Shown one piece after another: positions 27,345-39,654 of a stretch of 64,000 bases of DNA. Location: assembly GCF_009914755.1 (NCBI RefSeq), contig NC_060928.1. One strand, given 5' to 3'. The DNA is from the human T2T-CHM13v2.0 reference genome, Homo sapiens. Every line of letters begins with the position of its first letter. Position 1 is the first letter of the stretch. Under the pieces are notes generated by a model that was not told the DNA's origin, made no database searches, and was given only the letters and a program-made list of their open reading frames with translations. Position numbers and translations under genes: made by a program.

Positions 27345-29040
27345 TCAATACTTATGGATTCCTGGGCGTGAATGAAATACACAGCTGATCCTGGAAGGAG
27401 CAGAATTGGTGACAAGAGATTTTGAGGGAAGTGTGTGGATAGCTTTAGGTGAGTGAACATAAAGTGTGTCGTGAGTGCCAACAGAAAGCATCCACTGCAG
27501 AGGAGGCATTTAACAACCAGGTGGAAAATATAGTATATGGTGAATGTCAGTGAGTCTCTGTTCTTGACCACCTCAGTGTTTGCACAAGTCTATAAATGGA
27601 GTGATCAAAGATATGGAGACCATGCATAGGCCCAACCACAGGGATTCTCTTGTAATAAGGCCAACCGAACTATTGTCACTACAGAATAATTAACCTATCA
27701 GTAGCAAAAACTGATGCTGAGCTCTTGATACAGAACCATCCCACAAGGAGACCAGGTAACTCCTTACATGTTAAATTAATGAGACTGCCTTCTAACCTGA
27801 AGGAGACAGCAATATAAATTCACTGGAGTTTACGTCTACTCTAGATATAAATTTCTGTCCCTGTTTGCAATGATCCTGCCAGCATTACCATTTAACAATT
27901 TGGAAAAAACCTGATTTATTTATAGATGATAGATAACTCATAATATCCCCTGAGTGGAGGGGGGGGTTAATAGTGAAATAGGTGCATCATTAGCTGCATG
28001 ACCAAAGACCAACTAGAGTGCTATAGAGGATACATTTTATTAAAGGGTCCCATGATAATTTAGACTTTGTATGCCGCAAGGTCATGTCACACCTACAAAT
28101 TCTGCAGTAAGATTGGAAAAGCAGCCACAGACAATACATAAATGAATCATAGTATATGTGCTGCAAGAAAACTATTTACAAAAATAGGTGGTGGACCAGA
28201 TTTGGCCCTTTGCTGTAGTTCACTGATCTTTGAGCTTCAGCATCATCTTAGGAATAGCATTCTTTCATTGGTGTGTTGTCCTTTAGGATATGGCATATGA
28301 ACAAAACCAGAACTACGAATCTAATAGTATCACCCAGGAACCAAGTGGTGAAAATATAACTGATGCTTCTCACCTTCATTCAAGCAATTTACTTGTGGAG
28401 TTCATGCTTCCAACACACTGCTGAATTTAAGGTGATCGTTCTTAAGGTGGTGAATGCTTCCAAAAGGACACAGTAATGGTTCCATTGAACTGAAGCTATG
28501 GTTATCATTTCTATTGAACTGAAACTATGGAAATCTGGTTCTTTGGACTCATCATGTTGGTGAACTAGCAGGCAAAGAACACAGTTACTGTATTGGCAGG
28601 GATAATTAAACCTGATTATCATAAGGAGCAATGGTTTCTGCTAGGTAATAGAGGCGCTGCAGTATATACAGTACTTTCTTCCATTCCCTGTGAAAACACT
28701 GGACAGGCAATTTTTAGCAATTATGGCTTGATCAGGAGAAGGTAATTAAGAGCTCAGACTTTACTGGCATGAAAGTCTGGGTCATGCACAGGAATGCAAC
28801 CTGAATCTCCATAAGTTCTAAGGAAAGCATTATCTAGAATGAATATTAGAGAAAGGAAATTATAAATATCAATTGTGGCCATATAAATAATTATAGTTGC
28901 AGGAACAAAAACTTGTTACAAAAACCTTCATGTATTATGTAACTTGGAAAGATTATAGACTGATATTACTATAAATATGCAGCAATAAGAAAAAGTTAAT
29001 TTAGAGCATAAATGGATTTGATTGATGCAAAGAGTGGACT
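27345..29040 (+). mobile_element. Decayed ERVL-class internal region (RNase H-integrase-dUTPase remnant; HERV16/ERVL-E-like)
   Basis: Peptide remnants QKASTAEEAFNNQVE (27482), YRTIPQGDQ (~27729), FTGVYVYSRY (~27819), LAGIIKPDYHKE (28593); ends in purine-rich gagtggact before a putative LTR. Heavily frameshifted. Confidence 0.8.
28024..28232 (+). mobile_element. MER58A hAT-Charlie MITE inserted in the ERVL remnant
   Basis: aaagcagccacagacaatacataaatgaat..tatttacaaaaataggtggtggaccagatttggccc..tgtagttcactgatctttg. Confidence 0.85.
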
Positions 29041-29840
29041 ATAACAGACGCTTTTGTTTATTCTGAGTATCACCTCTGATTTTAGCTATGATGGTGGTGG
29101 ATAGTTCTGTATGAGTATTGATAACTTCCTGCCAAATTGACTTAAAGAGCATGTTACATGGCTACATTTTTGGCCTGCATTGCCTTTAAAAGAAGAGAGG
29201 GGATTGAAGATTATTATAGATAATTGATAGGAAAGGATAATAAATGAAAGGAAAAATAAGATGTGGAAGAAAACTGTCAAAGTAAAAATGGTGACTAAAG
29301 TATTAGAGGAAAGAAATTGTGCTGTGGTTAATGGAGCACAGTTTTCCCATAACCATGCTATGTCTCTTGTAGCAAGTACAAGTATTTTCTCATCTCCATG
29401 CTACACCTCTTCTAGCAAGTACATCTCCCAAATGCCCTTAGGGATGGAGTTCTGGTTATGAATTACTCACACTTGTGCCAAGATTGGCAGGTGAAAGTCA
29501 GACATAGGCCATCTGTGACAGGTCATGGCAATGACAGGACTCTGTGGCTGCCTGGCCCATGTGGCTGGTGTTGTCACCAGCATCATTGGGGATGAGGTGC
29601 AGTTGTGGTCATAGAGATATCGGGGATACCAGGAGCATTGACTTGACCACTGAATTGTAGAATTGTAGATGTGCACTGTGGCCTTTAATTCAATAGTTCA
29701 ATGTCACTCCAGCTTCTGATTCTCTGGAATCGTTTAATGTATTTGTATGCTTGTATTTAAGGTATTTGTATACTTTATATATCACTACATCTATCTTGAG
29801 TGGGTGTGTCTTTTGTCTGCTACATCTTGGCTGCTTCAAG
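29040..29840 (+). mobile_element. Probable decayed ERVL 3' LTR remnant(s) (LTR16/LTR33-like)
   Basis: Follows the ERVL polypurine tract; ends ttgagtgggtgtgtcttttgtctgctacatcttggctgcttca like ERVL LTR termini. Weak match. Confidence 0.3.
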
Positions 29841-31075
29841 GAGAGGATGCCATCCTACTGGCTTGTTTAATTTCCCTTTAAGTAGTCATGTCTCAACTTT
29901 CCCACTGAAACTGGGGCACCCCTTTTACAATTGAAGACAATATTTCTCAATAATGTAATACAATTGTTTCTTGGAGAAGACTTCTGTTAATGCTGAATTC
30001 TACAACACCGCAGCTTCCTTATATTGTAACTTTCCTTGTCTTATTTAAACACAATTAAATACAAAGCCCAATTTAGGTAAAAGAAAAACAATTGTATCTC
30101 AGGCATCAAGTCATCTCCTGGTTTGGTGATATGCCAGACTTAAGCACTCATCTGCCAATTATTCATCTCTCTGTGTGCCACAGCTAATGCATTTGCCAAA
30201 CATTCCAGGTGTCAATTGCTTTACTTATGCTTTGTTGGAAAGGATAAAAAGAAACTCCCTAGGAAATATTGCCAATTAAGAAGAATAGCTTTTTTAATGG
30301 GGATGTATTATTTTCTCCTTAAATTCCATTAGGTACTTAGCTTTCAGATTTTCACATGTTTTACAGATTTGCAGATGATTTTCCAGTTTGGCATGTTTAT
30401 AGTTGGCCGTATTTAAATATATGCATAAGAAAATGTATTTATTGGACAGATCAATCTTGGTTTCTGCTATATCCTTACTGTTCTCTGGGAAACTCCTCCA
30501 TTTCCATTACTAGTTGAGCAAAGCTGCAGGCATGGCCCTGTTCTGTACCTCATAAACCACCCCCAAAACCACATGTAGTAGTAGGTTCACAGCGGGCCGA
30601 TGACCCAATGACAGGTAACCTACAAGATGGTAGGATCTATAAAACTGGTATTTAAAAATCTTCCCCAACAAGGATCATAATGTTTACCTTGGCCTATCAG
30701 ATACTCTTTCTTGGGAATTTGAACGGTTACCAGTTTACTAGTACTTGGAAAAATAAGAAAACCTACAACCTGAAGTGGAGAAAGCTGAAGATTTACACAT
30801 TTTCAATTATTTTTTAACAAGTATGTGATTTGAAAATGGCTATTAAAACCATCTAAACAATACAGATTTCAACTGGGATAGATACTAAATATAACAGACA
30901 TTTTAAAAATGTCATTTTATCTGAAACAGGCCTAGGACATGGCTTTTGTATTCAGGATTTCAAAAACCTCTAATAATTCAGTTCACAATATTTACAGCTC
31001 ATTTTAAATCGCTACAATTTATTGGCACAAGATCTGAAATCCATATCCTGAATCCATCATACTGTCTTAATTATT

Positions 31076-31090
31076 CCACTAGATGGTGCA
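31076..31090 (+). promoter_or_regulatory. CTCF core motif match
   Basis: CCACTAGATGGTGCA versus consensus CCASYAGRKGGCRC; motif match only. Confidence 0.5.
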
Positions 31091-32190
31091 TAATAATATA
31101 ACATTTTTCATATGTGTAAAATTTACTAATTAGAAATTGTATTTGTGTGCAAATATTAGATATAGCTTGCATATATTTATCTAAGATAAAATGCCTAGAC
31201 AGATGCACGAGAAATTAAGCCTGTATTGGCATTGTTTTGGGCTGTACCACGTCTTCATGTAATACCCATATTCTTAGTATATTGCAGGATATACATCCTG
31301 TATAGCTCACACTGCAATTAATTACAGGCTATGACATAATTATCATTCGAATGAAATAAACTTTATTAAAATATATACTGTATGTCTCTCTGGAAAGTTT
31401 GCCTATTCATCTAAGCATGCATAACAAAGGGTTTTGTGGAAGCAACAGGATCCCAGATTAGGCTGCCAGATCAGTTTAATCAACTCTGGAAGGAAATGGA
31501 GTGACAGTTGTCCAAACCAGATCACACTTATATTCTCATCAAGTCAGTTAATCCTGTTCAACCAACTGTTATTTTGGAAGAGTAAAAAGGATCCTACCTT
31601 CTGGCATCTTGCAATATGGTTTGGAAAACAAAAACATATATAATCTGAAAGAGGCTATGATAAAAATTCAAATAGAATTACAGACAAATTGCAAAGAAAG
31701 AACAAAGGAAAGAAAGATTATTTTTTACTGTTAATGAATGCCAAAGGCTTAGAAGATATATTGAGTTTGCCTGTACAGGATGTGGAGAACTTCATTGTTT
31801 TAGACTTTGCAAACAGATAATGTGGTTTAACTCTGCTGACATGTACTATCGCACTATTTCAGTTTTCACTTAACTCATTTATGGCTGGTCTCCCTCCTGC
31901 ATCCTTCATATATTTACATATAATAAAAAATTTTTCCAAATATCAGTTTTTCCTCACATCTCTCTCATTGCATAGTATCCCTCTTCATTTGATAGTTAGT
32001 TTGCACATTCCAAAAGGGGTTTTAAGATATTTATGCTCTGCTTCCTTCACATTTGTATGGTTCAATTCAATGTTTTGATAGAGAAAATTATTTTCATTTC
32101 CTCTAATTTGCTATTAACAAAATGGCTTATGTGCTAAACAACTTATATTTAGCTGTCATTCCCAACTTTGATAAGTTATATTTGACTTAC

Positions 32191-32327
32191 ATTTACTAGA
32201 TCTGCTTTACATATGTACTATATATATTTTTTGTAATTTTTAAATTCTGCAGGTTGTTAGGAGTGAATAATTCTATTCTAATCACAAGAGAACATTCCTT
32301 CTGTGCTGTCACCTGTGCTGATCTGTA
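32191..32327 (-). other. Candidate 137-nt non-coding exon
   Basis: Minus-strand acceptor tttttgcctttcatttattttttttcctcAG and donor AAT|GTAAGT; stop codons in all three frames. Confidence 0.35.
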
Positions 32328-33686
32328 CTGAGGAAAAAAAAATAAATGAAAGGCAAAAATTGAGATCATTCTAGCTTTGTTTCAGTTATTTGATATTTCA
32401 GTCAAAAGAATTATAGATCTGAAATATTCAGATAATTGCTCAAATAGTAACATTTTAGAGTGAAGCAAAACTTCACATTCTAATATATGCAGAAATAGTC
32501 CCTTACTCCTCGTATTATTTATTAGGTGCTGAACAATACCACTGATTCTTCCAAGATATAATGATACCATTTAGCCAATTATTGTTGCAGTACATCAGGG
32601 ACAACAGAAATAAAAAAGAATTATCCTAAACTATATTGAATTGAATTTTAAATTCAATTATGCTTCAAGTTTTATTATCACAGATAAAATACTAATTTTC
32701 TTTAACTGTGTATTGCAATCTTTTTATGGAAGTTCTAAGGCATTGTTTTGTGCCCCTTGGGCATCTTGTCTTATTATATTTGTACAGTCTTTCCCACCAA
32801 TCCTATTTTTTATTATTATTAATACTATTTAATATATTCTGAATGATAATCTAGTGCCTTAATAAATTTTAGAAACCTCCCTGGGCTCCTGTTTACAACC
32901 AGAGAGGAGTTGTTGCATAGAAGTATAATGCTTATTGAAGTGTACTCCAGGCTAGAAGGCCCCTAACGACGTATAAAACTAAAAACTAAGGTCTAAAAAT
33001 ATTATAAACACAAAATAAATGCTTTGACTTTAAGAAAAGTCCTATCTAGATTTATTATGAATAATTCTAGCTTTATTCATGCAAATTATATAAGGACATT
33101 TTAGTAAACAGCTCACTGAATAATCTGCACTGGTGTATGGTGTATTTGAGAAAGTTAAATATACACTCTTTTGGTGGTATTGGAAAATGGTTCTGTGCTA
33201 ATCTTGATTTGTCATGATTTGAAATGCCCCTATGATACTGATAAAGTCAGGAAATAAATCGTTTTTGACCATAATCTGGCTCACAGCTAGGCCCAATTAG
33301 ATTCCAAACTATCTTGAAAATACTTCCTTCATTCCTTAGTATAATTGAACTAAATTTCCTCAGCATTAGCAGAATTCTCATAGAAACTCCCTATGTAGAG
33401 ACACTTATAAGTCGACCACTATAAGAAAATTGTAAATCAAAACTAAATGAAGTGCCCAGTTTATATAGCAAAAATGTTTTAAAAAGGAGATAAAAAGACT
33501 ATAACAAAACAGAAAAAGTATGAAAAATATGACAAAATTAATGATTTTATAATATTGTATATATAATTTTAAAATGAAGTTATATTTATGATACTGAGAT
33601 ATCACTTTATATTTTGTGTAAAAAATAATAATTGCCGAATATGCTTCTTGGAAAAGAATAAATCCTAGAATTTATAAATTTAAAGA

Positions 33687-33766
33687 TTTAATCTATATTC
33701 AGTTAAATCTGTAAATTTAAATCTATATTCAACTAAATTTATACATTTAACTGAATATAGATTAAA
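33687..33766. repeat. 80-bp AT-rich inverted repeat (33-bp arms, 14-nt loop)
   Basis: tttaatctatattcagttaaat (33687-33708) is the exact reverse complement of 33745-33766; arms extend to 33 bp with 2 mismatches. Confidence 0.92.
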
Positions 33767-34219
33767 ACTGAAAACATATTTGGAGTTTTATATAATAAAT
33801 ATTTTAGAATTTAGAATAATTCAGTGGGAGCATTTGTGTTTCATTGAAATTGTACATAAAGCCATACAACGTGAGAAATGATAGTGACCTTAGAGTTTAT
33901 CTAGATTATTTTTAAGACTTTGGGGAGTAGAGGAAAGACTAGATTTGTATCTCCTAAATCTCAGCCCAGTTTTCTTCCGTTCCATTTTAATGCTCTTTAG
34001 GAGGTAAGTGTAAGACACATCAGAGGCAAAATGTGATATACGTGTAGATACAAAATACACATATAAGTATAGGTTTTTGTACACACATGCACACAATTGA
34101 AATGGTTCCATATAGTCATCACGGAATAGAAGCAGTTCTATATGGTTAATGGTTATTGATAGATAAAGCTATGTTGATACTCTGTTCCTCCAAGTTCCCC
34201 CAGGTGTCATGAAAATTAC

Positions 34220-34254
34220 TGCGCGCGCGTGTGTGTATGTTTGCGCGTGTGTAC
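34220..34254. repeat. (CG)4-(TG)n alternating purine-pyrimidine tract
   Basis: tgcgcgcgcgtgtgtgtatgtttgcgcgtgtgtac. Confidence 0.85.
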
Positions 34255-35843
34255 TCATGTTGTTTAGAACGTACATATGATTTATATTAATCAGTGGTCC
34301 ATCGAGTTGATATTGGCTCACATAAAAGGCTACATTTTCATATGATTGTGAATTCATTGAATATAAGAGATAGAACATATACAAGGATACAAATTCAAAT
34401 GCTGAAATACAGTTCTACAATTGACCATGGTATTTTGATTTTTCTTACTTAAAGTTGACTTCGTAGAGAACCAGTTATCAGAGTAAATTTATAGAACAAA
34501 AAACGCGGATGTGACAACAGCAGATAATTCTCCCGGCAGTGGTTGCTGCTAGTCATGACATTGCTTTCAACTGTCAGGACTTATTCATGTGTACCAATAT
34601 TGAAGACTTTCAACACACCAAACAACTTTTGACAGTTCTGCCGACATGTTTCATCTGGTTTAATCAAATATATCAGAATAATCTAGCCACTACCTGGTTT
34701 CTGTATTTCACAAATATGAAAATTTTTTCATAGAGTATAGAAAGGTACAGAACTTAGACTGCTCTGAGGAAAAGCATGCCACCTGATAATGTAAAATTAC
34801 AGTATTTTGATCCATAGGTTATAGTATTTAGAAAAACAATCTTCTTTGTTTAATTCCCTCTAAATTTAATATGTGATATAATAACTTTGTTGTTTCTAGA
34901 GCATGGAAACCAAATTATATTGCATATTTAATCCAATTTTATTTTCCATGTTTATCCTTTTCTGTAGAGCAACTCTTGTTATTGAAAAGAAGAAGTGAAA
35001 TAATTGAAATATATTTGTAAATTTTCTCTGCTTACCCCAAAATATTTCAATAATGATTTTTTAATTTTAATTTCTGCTTTGTAATTCTTTAGTGACAAAA
35101 CATGCTTTTTCTAGTTATAACACATATGTTTTTAATGTAAATTATAAAATTAAATTGTACATTATTTGTTCAATCCATTTTGATCAATAAGTGATGCTGT
35201 TTGAAACAATAGCATCTTAGCTGTTGGTTTTATTTTAAGGAGAATAATATTTTGTTTTAAGGAGAACAAATAGCTATTTAAAATTACTCTTTTGTTCTTT
35301 ATAATTCTAAGGTCCCAAATTAGTATTTTAATAGTCTCTAAAAAATAATTACCTTTCATGTTCTTTATCTTTCCAATGTAAGATGGCTGGACATAGGGGT
35401 AAGATGAAAATTTCAATAATGCATAAGCTTTAAAGAATAAATAATTTGTGGGGTAAAAACAGAGTGGACAATAGGTGCAAGCTGGAAAAATGACTTTAGA
35501 TGTTAATCAAAAGTCTGGTTCAAAATGAGAAATTCAATACACATTTTTACCTTTTTTTCTCCTGATTTATACATAGTTTAACTCAAGTTTTTTTAACCAG
35601 TTAAAAGAACATTTCCTGACAATTAGACTCTGTTTAAAAAAAAGACAATACTGAAGTCAGGTTATTTTTATCAACAGGCTATTTTCAGTGTCCTAGGAAA
35701 TGTCTCCTCAACTATAATGACTGGTATTAGAAAGGTTGACAAGACAACTTAAACAAACATACTTATGTGTGTACTAAGGCTCTACAGAACAGGAATTTTC
35801 CTGAAATTAAGGGCAGTAAAAAATTCAGGCTGTCCCTCTACAA

Positions 35844-36075
35844 CAGGGGTTCTCATCCTCAGCAGCAATGACATTTGGGATTAGAGAGTCTTCGTTGTGT
35901 GTGGACGGGAGTTGGGAGGCAGGGTTTGTCCCATGCATTGTTTAGAAGCATCCCTGGCCTCTACCCGCTAGATGCCAGTAGTACTTGCCAAGTGATGACA
36001 ACCAAAAATGTTTCCAGACCTTACCAGATATCCTCTTGAGACAAATCACCCCATTGATATTTGCTGAGAACTGTG
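35844..36075 (-). mobile_element. MER20 hAT-Charlie element
   Basis: caggggttctca..gacatttgg..agcatccctggcctctacccgctagatgccagtag..gacaaccaaaaatgtttccagac..tgagaactgtg. Confidence 0.9.
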
Positions 36076-36549
36076 TTCCAGTGCCTTAAAGACATCCTTT
36101 AATTGTCCTTACTACAATATGCCTAGGACCAGAGTTTTTCCTCGACTATACAACAATTACACATTTAAGAAGAAGATGGACATTTTAAGAACAAAGTAAA
36201 CTCTTCCTATTTTCTAGGGACCTTTGTAGCCAGCTTCCAATTTTCTATATGGTTATAAAAGAGAGAGAAAAATAATTCACTGTGTTTCAGTGACCACAAG
36301 TATTTACTTCAGAAGAGTCTAAAAGAAAGACTTCTCCCTTCCCCAGAATCAGACCTGTGCAGACCTTGTTAACAACACTCATCTGCAATGTTTTAAGGGA
36401 CCTCAGGATTAAAGCCTACACCCAGGAAAATACTCAGTAGTGATTTTATTTTTAGTTTGAAATAGGAAAAAATGGTGCTTCCCTTATTCAAGAAATCAGA
36501 TATTTTTAAAGAAGGTCATATTTAAGAGAGTCATAGTAGTAGTGGCAAT

Positions 36550-36612
36550 CATATATGTACATATAAATATGTGTGTATATACGTGTATATATATAGAAAT
36601 ATAAATATATAT
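36550..36612. repeat. (TA)-rich microsatellite
   Basis: atatatgtacatataaatatgtgtgtatatacgtgtatatatatagaaatataaatatat. Confidence 0.7.
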
Positions 36613-36614
36613 AA

Positions 36615-36800
36615 CAAGCATTTAAACAATGCTTAAGTACAATTCAAATATTAACTCATTTATTTATTCCTCACAATAAATCTATAAAGTACTATTATTA
36701 TTCCATTTTACAAGTGAGCAAACTGAAACATAAGAGACTAACCTGTGGTGCCAGGATTCAAACCTGGGCATTTTGGCTCTAGAATCAGTGTGCAATGAGT
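36615..36800 (-). mobile_element. MIR SINE
   Basis: tcctcacaataa..attattattccattttacaagtgagcaaactga..gccaggattcaaacctgggca..ggctctaga. Confidence 0.85.
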
Positions 36801-37319
36801 CTTCCATTTAGCCAGTCACTGTGTTATGATTCTTTTCAATAAAAAATATCCATTCTTGGCAGATGATGGTAAATAAGAATACTGAAGCTGCAACTGAACA
36901 TAGCCTGACTGGTGGGTTCCCTGGGCCAGCCCAGTTTGTATGGATTCTGGCTACACCAGAGAACCAGGAGCCCACCTGCCTGGGATGGCCCTGTGCTATC
37001 ACTTAGCTGTTCTTTGATCAATTTATTATAGATTTGATGCTCATTTCTAGCTCCCTTTTAGCTTCAACAGGACAGAAGCCTTTTCGAGATGTATGCAACT
37101 TATTTCTGAGTAGTGAGAATAGCTGAAGGACAGATAATTTCTTCCAAGGATCAAGCCTTGGGATTCTAGGAATAAGCACAAAGCCAGTAACATCCTTCTG
37201 TCTGCTATAGATAGATAATTTTCCTATGGTTCCCCTCATTTCCTGGTGTGCTTTTGGGGCTGGATTAAATATTCTCCTGTTTTATTAAAAAATAAAATAT
37301 TCCAAGCAACATGGAAAAA

Positions 37320-37505
37320 TGCTTTGTATGTATTATCTTATTTAATCTTCATGAGAACTGCAAGAGATAGGTATTGTTATTTTCCAAGTGTTTGCAGAGG
37401 AGGAATTAAAAGCTCAAGAAGTTAAGCTCCTTGTCTAGTCACACATTCAGAACATGGTGGAACTCAAGACTCAAATCCAGGTCTCTGTGGCTCCAAAACC
37501 ATTGA
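37320..37505 (-). mobile_element. MIR SINE
   Basis: tattatcttatttaatcttcat..ataggtattgttat..cagaggaggaa..gtcacac..actcaaatccaggtct..gctccaaa. Confidence 0.85.
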
Positions 37506-38304
37506 ATATTTATGCATCTTCATTTTTCTCTAAATTTAAGAAGTTTGATTAGATTGCCTTTAAGACTTTGTGCAGCTACAGATGCTTGCACATCTATATT
37601 CTAGAATGTTTTTTCTTAAAATTTTAACCTCAATTTTAGGATTGTCTTAAAAAGTAGTTCGTTTAAACATAATTTTACAGGTAAAGCTATGGTATTAGCC
37701 TATACTCCATTGGACATTAATATCTAATATTTTATTATAGCTATCATACTTTATCTTATTGATGTCAAAAGGGAAACTGCAATTAGGTGAACACAAAATT
37801 AGGCAGAAAAGGAGAAAATATCTCAAATACTGATTAACTCAGTTTATATGAGAAATAGTATGGAGAAATGAGGCATAATAAACCTGAGAACGGATTTACC
37901 AAATTTCAGTTACAACAGTATATGGATTCCTTTTATTTCCTTGTGATTATTATTGGTTAAGAATAACGTGAGGTGGTTTTAGTTCATAAAATATCGGTAC
38001 TGCTACTGCTTATGTTAGTAATAACAGATAATATTGAGAGATTTGTGGAATTATATAGATTTAATATTCCATGCTTGAAGAATATACTTAATATTTTGTA
38101 ATTTTCAGTTTATTATACAAAAAGGAATTTACCCTCAGCCCAAATTATTACTAATCTGAAGTACTGAGTGTTCACTAGAAAGACAGAGGGTTTATAGGAC
38201 CAGAACACTGAAGGTTCACAATATTATAATATGATGAATAGTTTCAAAAGAGAATGCTTAAGCCAAAGAGAATCTTTAGACTGCCCAAAAGCAACTTGTT
38301 GACA

Positions 38305-38525
38305 CAGGTATTCAAAGAAAGAGGTGGGGAGCACTGGCCTTGGGTGCAAGCAATAACGGGGTGCACAGTTGGTGGAGGATTTAAAAATGATAATAAAACT
38401 GACAAAACGTTGGTTCTAACTTTTATTATCATTTTATGATGGAAATTCTAAGTAATGTCAATAAGAAAATACTCTTCCCTGAAGAGAAATCTCTGTTAGT
38501 CTAAATTCTAAACAGTTCTTATTCC
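38305..38525 (+). mobile_element. Arthur1-like hAT-Tip100 fragment
   Basis: gggtgcaagcaataacggggtgca..atttaaaaatgataataaaactgac..ttttattatc..aaaatactcttccctg..tctaaattctaaacag. Confidence 0.6.
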
Positions 38526-38533
38526 TGCTAAAC

Positions 38534-38625
38534 TATATATATATATATACACATGTATATATACACACATATTTATATACATATATATACACACATATAT
38601 ATACACACACATATATATATACACA
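38534..38625. repeat. Compound (TA)n/(CA)n microsatellite
   Basis: tatatatatatatatacacatgtatatatacacacat...atatatatatacacac. Confidence 0.9.
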
Positions 38626-39343
38626 CTTTTTTTTTAAGAAAGCATACTTGAAGAAACATTGACTACTACTCAAAATTATTTAGAAAATTTCCAACCATAT
38701 CATTGTCCTGAAAAATGTAGTCTCAAGTATATATGATCTTTTTGAAAAAATTTATTAAGGGTTCAGAATCATTGGATATTGCATCTGGTACAGTCTGTGT
38801 CCCTAATCCCTGTGACAGTAATTTTACATGAGTAATGATAGCAAAGTAATTGCAAAACTAAGAAACAGAAATTGAGTCACTTCAGATCTGTCATTCTATA
38901 TGACAACTTGAAGTTTTTATTTGCCTTTAAACATTTTGGACATTTGAAAGCTGCTAGAAAAAATGTAAAGGAACAAAAGCCTGAACAGTATTTTGATTTC
39001 TGGAATTTAACATGACATTGGATTTTTATAAATCTCTGCCAAACTCATCCTTGTGTTTTAGACATTTCCTAAGTATTTGTATATTTGAGGCTTCATGCAA
39101 AAGAACTTTTCAAAATTGAAATTAATAAAGTGTGTTCTTTTATCCCTGTGAGTGATAGGTTGGCATATCTATATACACTGTCTATTGAATTTATGTATGT
39201 GAAGAACATCAATTTTGACAGAGATAATGAAAGATGTGCAAATGTCAAAACCCCAAAACAGAAGTCATGTAGTTTTTATTCATTAATGAAACAGACTAAT
39301 ATATAGATGTAAATTTTACTACCTGAGTCAAAGCATATAATCA

Positions 39344-39654
39344 GGTTAGGTACAGTGGCTCACACCTGTAATCTCAGGACTTTGGAAGGCCAGGGCAGGA
39401 AGATCACTTGAGCCTAGAAGTTGGAGACCAGCCTGGGCAACATTTGTGATACTCTGTTTCTCCAAAAAAGAAAAAAAAAAAACATTAGCTGGGCATGGTG
39501 GCACACACATGTAGTCCTGACTACTTAGGAGGCTGAGGTGGGAGGATCACTTGAGTCCAGGAGGTCAAAGCTACAGTGAGCTATGATTACACAACTGCAC
39601 TCCAGCCTGAGTTACACAGTGAGACCTTGTGTCAAAAAAAAAAAATAAAAATAA
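39344..39654 (+). mobile_element. AluJ full-length
   Basis: gatcacttgagcctagaagttggagaccagcctgggcaaca; ggaggatcacttgagtccaggaggtcaaagctacagtgagctatgat; degenerate TSD aaagcatataatca / aaagcatacattca. Confidence 0.93.
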
